Shown piece after piece: positions 1 to 9,743 of a stretch of 64,000 bases of DNA; within the stretch, counting starts at the first letter, position 1; each line of letters starts with the position of its first letter. The position numbers and the translations under genes were made by a program. Under the pieces are notes generated by a model. The model worked only from the letters and a program-made list of their open reading frames with translations, ran no database searches and was not told the origin of the DNA. The DNA is from an uncultured Verrucomicrobiae bacterium (lineage in GTDB: Bacteria > Verrucomicrobiota > Verrucomicrobiia > Opitutales > JABDGR01): positions 224,001 to 288,000 of the forward strand of contig CAVXVB010000005.1 in assembly GCA_963765205.1 (NCBI GenBank), read 5' to 3'.

Positions 1-1017
1 AACTTTCATCAGCCCTTTTTCGCCCGCATACAACCGCGCAAACCATTGCGCGCCCTCCGCCAGCGGCGGCGTCGCGCTGATAAATTCCGTCACGTTGATT
101 TGCCCGCTGGCGATCAGGTCGAGGCATTCGGGGTATTCCCCCGCCGAGGCGCAGGTGCCAATGAGCGTGAGCTGGCGCGTGACCGCCGCTTGCAGTGAAA
201 AATCAACCGTGGCCTTGAGGTTGCCCACGAGCGTCACGCTGCCGCCCTTGCGCACGCAGTCCATCGCCGTCTTGAGGGTGGGGGAGAGGCCGACAACCTC
301 GAAGGCCGCGTCCGCGCCGCGCCCTTGGGTCAGCGCCTTGATTTTGGCGGGAAGGTCGGCCTCGTCGGCTTTGAACGCCGCCGTCGCGCCGCGCCGCCGC
401 GCCAGTTGCAGGCGGTCCTCCTCCAAATCAATGGCGATGATTTGTTTGGCGCCGGCCACGCGCAGCGCTTGCACGACCAGCAGGCCGATCATCCCGACGC
501 CCACGACCACGACGGCGGCGTCGTGCAGGCCCGGCGTGCGGGCCACGGCATGAACGGCGACGGACACCGCCTCGACCATCGCCGCCTGCTCAAAACTCAG
601 ATTGTCCGGCAAACGGTAAAGAATCCGCTGCGGCACGGCGACAAATTCGGCGAACGCGCCCTGCCGTCGGTAATCCCCGCACGATACGCCCAGCACCTGC
701 CGGTTGTCGCACAGGTTCACCTCGCCCCGCCGGCAGAACCAGCATTCACCGCAATAAACCGTCGAGTCGAATGTGACACGGTCGCCCGGGTGCCACGCGG
801 TCACCCCCGCGCCGACGGCGGCGATTTCCCCCGCCGCTTCGTGGCCCATGACCAGGGGTGGAATGCGCCGCCCCGTGCTCCCGTCCATTCCATGCACGTC
901 GCTGCCGCAGATGCCGCACGCGCGCACGCGCACCAAGACCTCGCCGGGTTGCGGCGTGGGCGCCGCCAAATCCTCGACGGCGAATTTTTTGTATTCCTGC
1001 AGGACGAGTGCCTTCAT
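1..1017 (-). CDS. Zn-dependent (MDR family) sugar-alcohol dehydrogenase, galactitol-1-P/L-iditol dehydrogenase-like; 3' end runs off the window
   Basis: Manual minus-strand translation from ATG 1017: MKALVLQEYKKF...ACGICGSDVHG...VMGHEAAGE, a structural Zn CxxCxxCxxxxxxxC cluster and a GVGMIG Rossmann motif. Absent from the ORF track because no stop lies in the window. Confidence 0.85.
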   Translation of the reverse strand, partial: MKALVLQEYKKFAVEDLAAPTPQPGEVLVRVRACGICGSDVHGMDGSTGRRIPPLVMGHEAAGEIAAVGAGVTAWHPGDRVTFDSTVYCGECWFCRRGEVNLCDNRQVLGVSCGDYRRQGAFAEFVAVPQRILYRLPDNLSFEQAAMVEAVSVAVHAVARTPGLHDAAVVVVGVGMIGLLVVQALRVAGAKQIIAIDLEEDRLQLARRRGATAAFKADEADLPAKIKALTQGRGADAAFEVVGLSPTLKTAMDCVRKGGSVTLVGNLKATVDFSLQAAVTRQLTLIGTCASAGEYPECLDLIASGQINVTEFISATPPLAEGAQWFARLYAGEKGLMKV

Positions 1018-1147
1018 GGGGGTAAGCCCGCCATTACCGACAGAATTTTTCGCCGACGACAAGCCTGTTCTCGCGGCGGCGTTTCACCGGGGGTGCGCCT
1101 CAATTCTTACGCAGTCACCGAGTGACGACACGAAAGTAGATTTGCCC

Positions 1148-3028
1148 CTATTTGCCCCCGGGAGAAGATACGAAGGCCGGTGCCGGATGATACTCCGGCC
1201 GGTAATCTTTCTCGGCCCAGGCGGTATCGGGAGTTCCCGCATCGGAGGCCAGCGGTTTTTCAGAAAAGGGCGCGGCCTTGCCGGAATGGACTGCTTCGAG
1301 TTGGCGGTGGGTGGCTTGGGCGGCGGCGACGAGTTCGGCGTATGGCCGGTTGGTCGCATCCACAAAACCGATGTTGTAATTTTCCCCGTCTTGACGGCCC
1401 AGCACGGGCTCGTCCTGCCAGGTAAACCAGTGTGCGCCCACGAACCCGGGCAGCGCCGCGGCCTGCTCGACGAAATAACGGTAGGCCTTGCCGCGTTCGA
1501 TTTGGTCGCGCGCCTGCACCAGACCCGCGCCCAGGCCGTCCGCCGGCACGCCAATATGATATTCGCCGATGAGGATGGGGCGGCCCGTCAGTTCGTAGGC
1601 GCGTTTGACCTGCTTGGTCGGCTCGTAATCATAAACGTTGATGCTGCACACGTCAAAAAACCGCCCGCAACGCATGACTTCATCGTTGGGGTCGCCGCCA
1701 AAGCGGATGCCGAGGTTGAGGTGGTTGGGGTCGTATTTCTTAATGGCCGACCCGATAAGCTGCAGATATTGCTCAAACGCGCTCACCACAAATTCCTTGC
1801 GCCGCGCCGGCGTGTCGCCCGCGGCGAGAAAGTCCTTGAGCTTCGCCTGGGTGCCGGTCGCCGTTCCCTTCAGGATCAGGTCGCAAACTTCGCTTTCGCG
1901 GTCGGACCAGGGCGGCTCGTTGCCCACAAAGTATCCCACGAGGAGCGGGTCGTCCTTGTGGGGCGTGCATTGGCTGGCGGCCGATTGGTCAATTTGCGCG
2001 GCAAAATTGTCATCGTAAACATCCGGCAGGCCGAGCCAGGTCGCCGTGCGCGGCCAGTTCAATCTCACAATGTAGGGCATGCCCGAGCCTGCGGCGCCCG
2101 TGGTAAAACCCCAGGCTTGCAGGCGGCGGGTGGTCAGGCTGGCGGCGGGTGGGGAACCGGGAGCGGGCGTCGCGGCGGCTCCGCCCTGCCGGCCGACCCC
2201 ACCGGCCCCCGGGATGCCGTTCAAACTTTGGCAGATGAATAAATGCCCGTCCGGGTCCACCATCCACCACTTACCGTCCACCTGTTCGACCCGAAAAAAT
2301 CCCGTGGCCTTGACCTGGGTGTCCACGTAGCCGCCATATTTTCCATAATTGAAACCCGTGGGGGTGAGGTTTTTCTCCTCGTCGGCCAATTCCTGGGCCA
2401 GTTGCTCCGGGCTATTGATTTTGCGCGGCCAGTCGGCCAGCGCCCACTGCCGAAACTGGTCCGTGGTGGCGTCATTGGTCAAAAATGCCGAGCCGGGATC
2501 GTCCTTGGCCAGGGTCATCGAGCGGATTTCCAGCGTGGGCTTGTTGATCGGGTAAAACATGGTCACGCCGAGGGCCTGCACATTTTTGATGCTGCCGAAT
2601 GGGCCCCAGACCGAAATCCAGAACGAGCCGTATTTGCGGTTGGTGGCCGAGGCGAGGTCGTTGCCCGATTGATCCTGGCTGACAAAATACTGCAGCGGCA
2701 CGGCGGCGCGCATCCAGACATTCTGGCCCAGGGGTTGGATTTCGATGCGATGCGGGCCGGCCGCCGTGTAGACCCACAGCGAAAACCGCTGCGGGGTGGA
2801 CGCCCGCATTTCGAGGACGAGGAAGTTGTAGCCGGACCAATCCGCCGGCCATTGGGGATTCAAGTCCTTTAAGGCCCATTGCTGGGTGGAAATGGCGCCG
2901 TTGAAAGTGACGGTGCGGGCGGTGGTGGCCGGCGCGGCGGTGTCCGCGGTGGTGGCATCCGCCGCGGCGAGGCGCGCCCACCCGCCCGCCACGATGATCA
3001 ACGCTAAAATTTTGAATTGGGATTTCAT
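1148..3028 (-). CDS. Secreted glycoside hydrolase, GH50 beta-agarase-like (clan GH-A)
   Basis: Signal peptide MKSQFKILALIIVAGG; motifs TGFFRVEQVDGKWWMVDPDG, GYFVGNEP (acid/base), PILIGEYH (nucleophile), GENYNIGFVD. Confidence 0.7.
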   Translation of the reverse strand: MKSQFKILALIIVAGGWARLAAADATTADTAAPATTARTVTFNGAISTQQWALKDLNPQWPADWSGYNFLVLEMRASTPQRFSLWVYTAAGPHRIEIQPLGQNVWMRAAVPLQYFVSQDQSGNDLASATNRKYGSFWISVWGPFGSIKNVQALGVTMFYPINKPTLEIRSMTLAKDDPGSAFLTNDATTDQFRQWALADWPRKINSPEQLAQELADEEKNLTPTGFNYGKYGGYVDTQVKATGFFRVEQVDGKWWMVDPDGHLFICQSLNGIPGAGGVGRQGGAAATPAPGSPPAASLTTRRLQAWGFTTGAAGSGMPYIVRLNWPRTATWLGLPDVYDDNFAAQIDQSAASQCTPHKDDPLLVGYFVGNEPPWSDRESEVCDLILKGTATGTQAKLKDFLAAGDTPARRKEFVVSAFEQYLQLIGSAIKKYDPNHLNLGIRFGGDPNDEVMRCGRFFDVCSINVYDYEPTKQVKRAYELTGRPILIGEYHIGVPADGLGAGLVQARDQIERGKAYRYFVEQAAALPGFVGAHWFTWQDEPVLGRQDGENYNIGFVDATNRPYAELVAAAQATHRQLEAVHSGKAAPFSEKPLASDAGTPDTAWAEKDYRPEYHPAPAFVSSPGGK

Positions 3029-3229
3029 GGGGTAGTAAGAAGTTGAGGGGAAAAATGGCGCAAGGTACTTGGGCCGATGTCGCACTCCCGGTCCTGCATC
3101 CATGGGGGTATCTTGCAACAGCTGCTTGACGGGGATTATTAGCAAAGAGCTCGGGCTTTATGGCAACGACATTTTTGGTGGCGTTACTGAACAAACCATT
3201 GCCGCATAACACCTCAAGACCCAGCCCTG

Positions 3230-5551
3230 CTACACAACTGTGAGCTTCAATTTTCGCAAATCGCCGTCGCGGCTGGAGGAGCCGAGCAGGATTTCAAATT
3301 CGCCCGGCTCGACCACCCATTGCATGTTCACGTCGTAAAAGGCCAGCAGTTCGGAAGTAATCTCCAGCGCCACGGTCTTGGCTTTGCCGGGGGCCAGGGA
3401 AATTTTTTGAAAGCCCTTCAACTCCTTCACCGGGCGCGTCACGGAACTGACCAGGTCGCGCACATACATTTGCACGACCTCCGTGCCTGCGCGCGCGCCG
3501 GTGTTGGTCACGTCCACGAGCGCGCGGGTGGATTCGCCGCGGCGGATTTTTTTCTTTGCCAGGCGCGCGTTGGCGAAGGCGAACGTCGTGTAGCTCAAGC
3601 CGAAGCCAAACGGGTAAAGCGGCGACACTTCGTCGAACAAATAACCGCGGCGCGCGGAGGGCTTGTGATTGTAAAAGACCGGGAGATGGCCCGCCGAGCG
3701 CGGAATGCTGATGGGCAGTTTCCCGCCGGGATTATGGTCGCCGAACAAAACCTCCGCGACCGCGTGGCCGCATTCCTGGCCCAGATACCAGCACTCTAAA
3801 ATCGCCGGCGCGTTTTCGCTGAGGTAATTGATCGAGTTCGGGCGGCCAAGGAACAACAGCACGACCACCGGCTTGCCGGTCGCCAGCATCGCGCGCGCCA
3901 ATTCGTCCTGCCGGCCGACGAGGTCCAGATTGGCCCGGTCGCCGAGATGCTTGCGCCCCCATGCCTCACGCGAAGTCTGCTCGTTGCCGCCGAGGGCCAG
4001 CACGACCGCGTCCGCCTGCTGCGCGATTTGCGCCGCCGCCGCGATTTGCCGCCGGTCTTCCCCCGCGTCGCTCGGCGTGACGCTGTCCTGCGCCCACGAA
4101 CCGCCCACGGTAATTTTACAACCTTCGCTATAGAGAACCTTCATGGCGTTTCCGACCCGCGCCTGAATACCTTCGAGCACGGTGCAGTCGTGCTTGGGCA
4201 CGCCGCTATAACCGCCGAGCAGGCTGCGGTGCGCATTGGGGCCGATCACCGCGAGGGTCTTGATTTTGCGCGCGTCGAGCGGCAGCACCGCGCCGTCGTT
4301 TTTCAAAAGCGTGATGGCCTCGCGCGCGGCGTGCCGGGCGAGCCGGCGGTTTTTGTCACAGCCCACGATGCGCGCAGCCTCCGCCGGATCCACATAGGGA
4401 TCGTCAAACAGCCCGAGCTTGAATTTCCAGAGCAGCATCGGCGCGACCAGTTCGTCGAGTTGCGACTCCCGCAGCGCGCCCTCGCGCACCAGTTCCAGCA
4501 AATGCAAATAGCAATCCGGGTCCGGCAGTTCGATGTTCACCCCGGCGCGCACCGCCAGCGCGCAGGCCTCTTTTTTGTTCGCGGCGACGCGGTGGCCATG
4601 CGTGTCCGGCCGGTCGGCCAATTCCCAAATCGCAAAGTAATCACTGACGACAAAGCCCGTAAACCCCCATTCCTGGCGCAGCACGTCGCGCAGCAGCCAG
4701 CGATTCGCGTGCGAAGGCACGCCGTCAATTTCATTATAAGAAGCCATGACGCTGACCGCGCCTGCTTTTTGAATCGCCTCTTTGAACGGAAACAAAAACG
4801 TCTCGCGCAGCAAGCGCAGCGAAACATTGGCCGGCGCGCAATTCATCCCCGACTCCGGCTGCCCGTGCGCGGCAAAATGTTTCAACGTGGCGAGGACGCG
4901 CTTCTTATCGCGAAACGTGGCGTCGCCCTGAAACCCTCGCACGGCGGCGATGCCCATCCGCGCCACCAAAAACGGATCCTCCCCAAAAGTCTCCTCGACG
5001 CGCCCCCAGCGCGGGTCGCGGGCCACGTCCACCACCGGCGTGAGCGCCTGGTGCGCGCCCCGCGCGCGCGTCTCCTCCGCCGTCATGGTGTAAAGCGCCT
5101 CCACCAACTCCGGGTTAAATGTGCCGGCCAGCGCCAGTGGAGACGGGAAGCTGGTCGCGTCAACCGCCATGTGACCGTGCAAACACTCCTCGTGAAAAAT
5201 CACCGGGATGCCCAGCCGGCTGTGTTCGAGAAAAAACTTCTGGATCGCGTTGGTCAATTCCGCCATCCCGCGCGCATCCAAGCCCCCGCCCGCCATGCTC
5301 GCCCGGCCCACCTGGCCCGGAGCGGGCTTTTTGCGATTAGCAATTTTGGCTTTTTGCAAATCGAACTTGCCTTCGGCATCCACCAGGGTCGTGGCCATGT
5401 TCCGCCACACGCCCTGCATCTGCGCGGCCTTTTCCGCCAGCGTCATCCGGCCCAACAAATCCCACACCCGCCGCGCGGCGGGCAACGTCGGGTTTTTATA
5501 AGGCGGCGCGCCGCTGGGCCGGCGTTTGTGTTTCCGGAGAGTTTTTTTCAT
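3230..5551 (-). CDS. GH3 beta-glucosidase/xylosidase (BglX-like) with C-terminal Fn3-like domain
   Basis: RLGIPVIFHEECLHG, RDPRWGRVEETFGEDP, KHFAAH, VVSDY nucleophile, YPFGFGLSYT, RPVKELKGF. Confidence 0.92.
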   Translation of the reverse strand: MKKTLRKHKRRPSGAPPYKNPTLPAARRVWDLLGRMTLAEKAAQMQGVWRNMATTLVDAEGKFDLQKAKIANRKKPAPGQVGRASMAGGGLDARGMAELTNAIQKFFLEHSRLGIPVIFHEECLHGHMAVDATSFPSPLALAGTFNPELVEALYTMTAEETRARGAHQALTPVVDVARDPRWGRVEETFGEDPFLVARMGIAAVRGFQGDATFRDKKRVLATLKHFAAHGQPESGMNCAPANVSLRLLRETFLFPFKEAIQKAGAVSVMASYNEIDGVPSHANRWLLRDVLRQEWGFTGFVVSDYFAIWELADRPDTHGHRVAANKKEACALAVRAGVNIELPDPDCYLHLLELVREGALRESQLDELVAPMLLWKFKLGLFDDPYVDPAEAARIVGCDKNRRLARHAAREAITLLKNDGAVLPLDARKIKTLAVIGPNAHRSLLGGYSGVPKHDCTVLEGIQARVGNAMKVLYSEGCKITVGGSWAQDSVTPSDAGEDRRQIAAAAQIAQQADAVVLALGGNEQTSREAWGRKHLGDRANLDLVGRQDELARAMLATGKPVVVLLFLGRPNSINYLSENAPAILECWYLGQECGHAVAEVLFGDHNPGGKLPISIPRSAGHLPVFYNHKPSARRGYLFDEVSPLYPFGFGLSYTTFAFANARLAKKKIRRGESTRALVDVTNTGARAGTEVVQMYVRDLVSSVTRPVKELKGFQKISLAPGKAKTVALEITSELLAFYDVNMQWVVEPGEFEILLGSSSRDGDLRKLKLTVV

Positions 5552-5703
5552 CGAGCCAGTTTTGCCTGGGTTTAGCCGAACTGAAACCAAGCCGGGGAGA
5601 GTGACCACCAAAGCCCTGTCCGGCGGCGGAAGTCAATTTTGAAAATTAAATGGCGCATATCTTCCGACTGAATCGGTCAACGTTCACTTTTCGGGCGCGG
5701 GCC

Positions 5704-5799
5704 AGTCCCGGAGGGACGAAAGACGAACGCCGGTTTTTCTTTCGTCCCTCCGGGACTTTTTCCACCTCTCATCGCATCCCCAGCGTTAAAAACGCTGGG
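5704..5799. repeat. Double-hairpin REP-like element
   Basis: Perfect 20-bp inverted repeat AGTCCCGGAGGGACGAAAGA (5704-5723 / 5738-5757), plus CCCAGCGTT/AACGCTGGG hairpin (5779-5799). Confidence 0.8.
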
Positions 5800-5854
5800 C
5801 TATTTTCTATCGCCCTGCCGGGTTGACAAACACATTCCCAATTTTTTGCCCCCG

Positions 5855-6796
5855 TCAATTTTGCGGACTGGTGATGATCTGCGGGCCTTGCTGTGGCACT
5901 GATTGCGCGGTGGGTTCCGGGTCGGTGGTGTCCGGGGCGGATTGAGGCTGTGGCGCAGGCGTTGCCTCAGTTCTAGCCACAGCGTTAAGCCAAGACAAGA
6001 TTTGCGCGCCGGGCTCGCCGTTTTGGACGCGTTGGTTAAGTTCCTCGAGGAGGACGTTCCCGCCTAACTCAGTTGCCCAGTGCACCATCCAAGGCGTGTC
6101 AGCGGTCAACTGAGGGGTTGTCGAATTGAAAGCGACGGCGGCCTGTTGCGCCAAGCTGTTGATATACGCCAAAGTTTCCGAATTGAAACGCCCAGCGTTG
6201 TCGTCGTAGGGAGCCTCTGGGGGCGTAGGGGTCGCCAACTGAGGAGTTGTCGAATTGGAAGCGGCGGCGGCCTGCTGCTGCTGCTGCTCCCAGCTGTTGA
6301 TATACGCCTGTTCTTCCACAGAAAAAGTGCTTATAAGACCCCCAAAGATATACCCTCTGCTGCTGCCATTGCTATTATGCCACACATACATATCAACAAC
6401 ATTACCCGAACTATTTGTTGCGTCGTAAACCCCCATAATACTGAATTCATCCTTTCCCTGATTAAACAGATGGTGCTCGGCCTGCGCCAGTGGCACGGTG
6501 ATTATGGCCGAGTGCTGCACGGGTGGGTCGGCTTTGGCTGGCGCGGCGGAGGCGACCTCGGCCACTACAATCGGGGTTTGATTTGCATCATTCGCTGCTG
6601 GGGTAGCGACCGGCACGAACGTCAAGGTGACTTTTTTGGCGTTCGCGGAGGCGGAGGCGGGCTGGGCCGTTCCTTGGGTGGAAGCGGTCGGGGACACCAC
6701 GCTGTCAGGCCTGGTGGATTGCCACATCCACCAAAACAGGCCGAGGGTGACGATATACAGGAGTATAACAACCCCATAGGTGCGACGGCGTTTCAT
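5855..6796 (-). CDS. Hypothetical membrane-anchored protein with internal repeat
   Basis: 313-aa ORF, N-terminal TM helix, Ala/Pro/Thr linker, two AYINS...QQAA..NSTTPQL repeats. Confidence 0.6.
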   Translation of the reverse strand: MKRRRTYGVVILLYIVTLGLFWWMWQSTRPDSVVSPTASTQGTAQPASASANAKKVTLTFVPVATPAANDANQTPIVVAEVASAAPAKADPPVQHSAIITVPLAQAEHHLFNQGKDEFSIMGVYDATNSSGNVVDMYVWHNSNGSSRGYIFGGLISTFSVEEQAYINSWEQQQQQAAAASNSTTPQLATPTPPEAPYDDNAGRFNSETLAYINSLAQQAAVAFNSTTPQLTADTPWMVHWATELGGNVLLEELNQRVQNGEPGAQILSWLNAVARTEATPAPQPQSAPDTTDPEPTAQSVPQQGPQIITSPQN

Positions 6797-7041
6797 GGAA
6801 CGAAGGGCAGAGCCGGAATTGGGTTAATTCGCCGCAGACGGCGGGAGGGGCCGGCGCGGCAAACGGGGGATATTTACGATGATGATAAACCGCCGCCATG
6901 GCTTTCCGATACGGTTTTATTGAGGGATTAATCAATAATCACGTTTGCTAATCCAGGTAATTTTCGGTCATTAGTTTTCCTACTGTGGCGAAAACTGGAT
7001 GATTACAGATTCTCGGATAGGTTTTCAAATTTGGTCGTTCC

Positions 7042-7191
7042 TCGCGTAGCGAGGGATTAACCTAGCCGTGGACTTCAGTCCACGGTTTCCGCCCGTTCGA
7101 AAATTCGCGTCACTACGCGACGCATGCCCATATTTTCACATCGTTTCCGTGGACTGAAGTCCACGGCTAAATTCGAGTCGTCGCTCCGCGA
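7042..7191. repeat. REP-doublet-like palindromic element
   Basis: Perfect 23-bp inverted repeat TAGCCGTGGACTTCAGTCCACGG (7063-7085 / 7147-7169), each arm self-palindromic; outer TCGCGTAGCGA / TCGCTCCGCGA inverted pair. Confidence 0.85.
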
Positions 7192-7289
7192 CTGCGCAGA
7201 ACGGCCCCTGGTAAAAAAAAGTGGTAAGCTCACAGCTATTGTCAACGGCCACTACTTGTCCAATGGATTGGCCAGTTCGAGAACAAATT

Positions 7290-8600
7290 CTACTCCCGCG
7301 GGGTCAGGGTGCCGAGGCCGCGGAGGGTGGCGTCGGCCAGCGCGCGGCGCTGCCAGCGGCCGGGCCAGTCGCGGTGCAGGAGTTGGTCGAGCCGGTCCGC
7401 GCCGCCGGAGATGGCGACGGTGCGCAAAATTTTCGTGCCCGTGGCCTGGAGCAGCGGCAGCCGCGCGGCGCTGGCGTGCGTGAGAGATTCAATGATGGCC
7501 GCGAGCATCTGCGCGCGCGTCGTGGCGAGAGTCAGGCCGGAAAATTCGCCCTGCCGCTGGTCAATACTCATGCGGTCGCCGGCCAGATACGGCGCGAAGC
7601 GCACCGTGCCCGCCGCCGCCGGGCCGCGGCGGCTCAACCGGCGCAACAGGGCGGGAAAATCCTTCACCGCTATCTCTGGGAAAAACTGTGCGCGCGCCCA
7701 ATAGAGCGACGAGGCTACGGCGGCGAGCGTGCTGACTTGCACCCATTTCCCCCGCACGCCGAGCGCGCGCGTGAGCAGTTGCGGGTGCGGCCGCGGCCGG
7801 TCGGTGCAGAGCGCGAGCACATCGGTCGAGCCAACCACGTTGAAAAGCCGGCCCACCTCCGCGCCGGCGAGCAGCATCCCCGCGCTGCCGTCCACGATGC
7901 CCGCCAGCATGGGCATGCCGGCGCGCAGCCCGAAGCGGCGCGCGGCTTCCGCCGTGATTTTTCCACCCACACAATCACCGTCCATAATCTCCGGCAGGAG
8001 GGCTGCGCCGACGCCGAGGTTGGCGCAGAGTTCCGCGCTCCAGCCATCGAGCGTGAGGGTTTGGTAAAGGCCGGTGAAGGACGCGTTCGAGGGGTCGGTC
8101 ACGCGCGCGCCGGTCAGTTGCCGGTGGAGAAAAGTGTTGAGGTGCCCGACGAGGTCGGCCCGGCGCAGGCGCGCGGGCTGGTGCCGCCGATACCATGCCC
8201 AGGTTGTCGAACTGATGCCGCCGGGAAACGGCCGCGCCCCGCAAAGATTCAAATGGCGTTCTTGCCCGAGGCGTTCTTCCAACTCGTGCGCCTCGGCCAC
8301 GCTGCGCCGATCCTGGTGCGTGACGATGGGCGTCAATGGCCGCCCGTGGCGGTCCATTGCGACCCAGGCCGGAGCCATGCCGGCCAGCGCGAGGGCGTCC
8401 ACTTGCTTCACGCGCGGGCCGAGGCGGGCGATGGCCTGGCGGGTGGCGCGCAGCAAATCGTCCGGGTCCACTTCGACGCGCGGGCCGTCGCAGCGCGTCG
8501 GGAAAAACACGCGGGGCGCGGCGGCGAGCACGCGCGTGCCGCGCAGCAGGCCGGCGCTGACCGAGGAGGAGCCGACGTCGAGGCCAAGCAGCATCGTCAT
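7290..8600 (-). CDS. FGGY-family carbohydrate kinase (xylulokinase/gluconokinase-like)
   Basis: LLGLDVGSSS, TDPSNASFTGLY, VVGSTD, FAPYLAGDR, ISGG motifs. Confidence 0.85.
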   Translation of the reverse strand: MTMLLGLDVGSSSVSAGLLRGTRVLAAAPRVFFPTRCDGPRVEVDPDDLLRATRQAIARLGPRVKQVDALALAGMAPAWVAMDRHGRPLTPIVTHQDRRSVAEAHELEERLGQERHLNLCGARPFPGGISSTTWAWYRRHQPARLRRADLVGHLNTFLHRQLTGARVTDPSNASFTGLYQTLTLDGWSAELCANLGVGAALLPEIMDGDCVGGKITAEAARRFGLRAGMPMLAGIVDGSAGMLLAGAEVGRLFNVVGSTDVLALCTDRPRPHPQLLTRALGVRGKWVQVSTLAAVASSLYWARAQFFPEIAVKDFPALLRRLSRRGPAAAGTVRFAPYLAGDRMSIDQRQGEFSGLTLATTRAQMLAAIIESLTHASAARLPLLQATGTKILRTVAISGGADRLDQLLHRDWPGRWQRRALADATLRGLGTLTPRE

Positions 8601-8661
8601 GGCGAGGGTGGTAGCAGAGCGGGCGCAAGGCGACAATCGTTTTCGGCCTGCGGCGAACCCC

Positions 8662-8787
8662 GGTTGTGTTTCAAAGCTCCAGACAATTCACCGCAAAGTC
8701 GCCAAGAGCGCAAAGGGGATTTTTGCATTAGAGCCACTCTTCGCGTTCTTGTCGTCTTAGCGGTGAACAGGCGTTGCAAAACCAGCC
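8662..8787. repeat. ~125-bp MITE-like element, copy A
   Basis: Imperfect terminal IR GGTTGTGTTTCAAA...TTGCAAAACCAGCC and internal TTCACCGC...GCGGTGAA hairpin; aligns end to end with 32225-32347. Confidence 0.75.
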
Positions 8788-8792
8788 CTGGA

Positions 8793-9611
8793 TCACGCGG
8801 CGGGCGGATTGTTCAACAGCCGCACTTCCCGCTGCGGGAAGGGCAGCTCGATTTTCTTGGCGCGGAACTGGTCGATGACGGCTTCGTAGAGTTCGAGCTG
8901 CGCGAAGCCATAATCCGCCACGCTGACCCACGGTTGAAGGCAAAGGTTGATGGTCGAATCATTCAGCGCGGTGATGCCGACAAGCGCGGGGTGCTCCTTG
9001 AGCACGCGCGGGTTGCGGGCCAGCACCTCCCGCGCCGTCGCCACAGCGAGCGTCAAATCCGCATTGTAAGCCACGCCGACATTCAGGGTCAACTGGCGGA
9101 TCAAGCCGTAGTTGTGCAGGATCTCGCCCAGAATTTTGTGGTTGGGAATAGAGATTCGCGATTTGTCCAAGTGGACCAGCCGGGTCGAAAGCAGCTCGAT
9201 GTGCGTGACCTGGCCGGCGACGCCGAGCAACTCGATATATTCGCCGACGCGAAAGGGCTTGGTGAAAATAATCGTCAGGCCGGCAAAAAAATTGCCGAGC
9301 ACGCCCTGCATCGCCAGGCCCACACCCACGCCCGCCACGCCCAGGCCGGCAATGATGGGGTTGATGGGCACGCCGATTTGGCCCAGCGCTAACACCAGGG
9401 CCAGCACAAACACCATCAGTTTGGCGACGCGGGTGAGCAGGATGCGGATCGGCGGCTCAAGCTTCTGCTTCTCCAGCCAGCCCCCCACCACGCGGCCCAA
9501 CCGGCCAGCCAAAATTGCGCCGACTATCAAAATGATAATCGCGCCCAGAATGTCGAAGCCCTTGCTGACCAGAAAGGTGACGACGGTTTCCTCGATTTTA
9601 CTCCAGTCCAT
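8793..9611 (-). CDS. mscS: Small-conductance mechanosensitive channel
   Basis: Three TM helices; GVGLAMQGVLGNFFAG, KPFRVGEYI, IPN, IELPFPQR. Confidence 0.9.
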   Translation of the reverse strand: MDWSKIEETVVTFLVSKGFDILGAIIILIVGAILAGRLGRVVGGWLEKQKLEPPIRILLTRVAKLMVFVLALVLALGQIGVPINPIIAGLGVAGVGVGLAMQGVLGNFFAGLTIIFTKPFRVGEYIELLGVAGQVTHIELLSTRLVHLDKSRISIPNHKILGEILHNYGLIRQLTLNVGVAYNADLTLAVATAREVLARNPRVLKEHPALVGITALNDSTINLCLQPWVSVADYGFAQLELYEAVIDQFRAKKIELPFPQREVRLLNNPPAA

Positions 9612-9743
9612 GCGGGGTGTTTACCTGTGCACGGGCGGGCTTGTCAATGCCCCGGATGGAAAAATTGCGCGTCGTCGATAGACGGTTGCTTTTTGAAGCC
9701 GCCGGGGTAAAGTCGGCGGCTTCCTCCCCGCCCCGCCGCCCGC

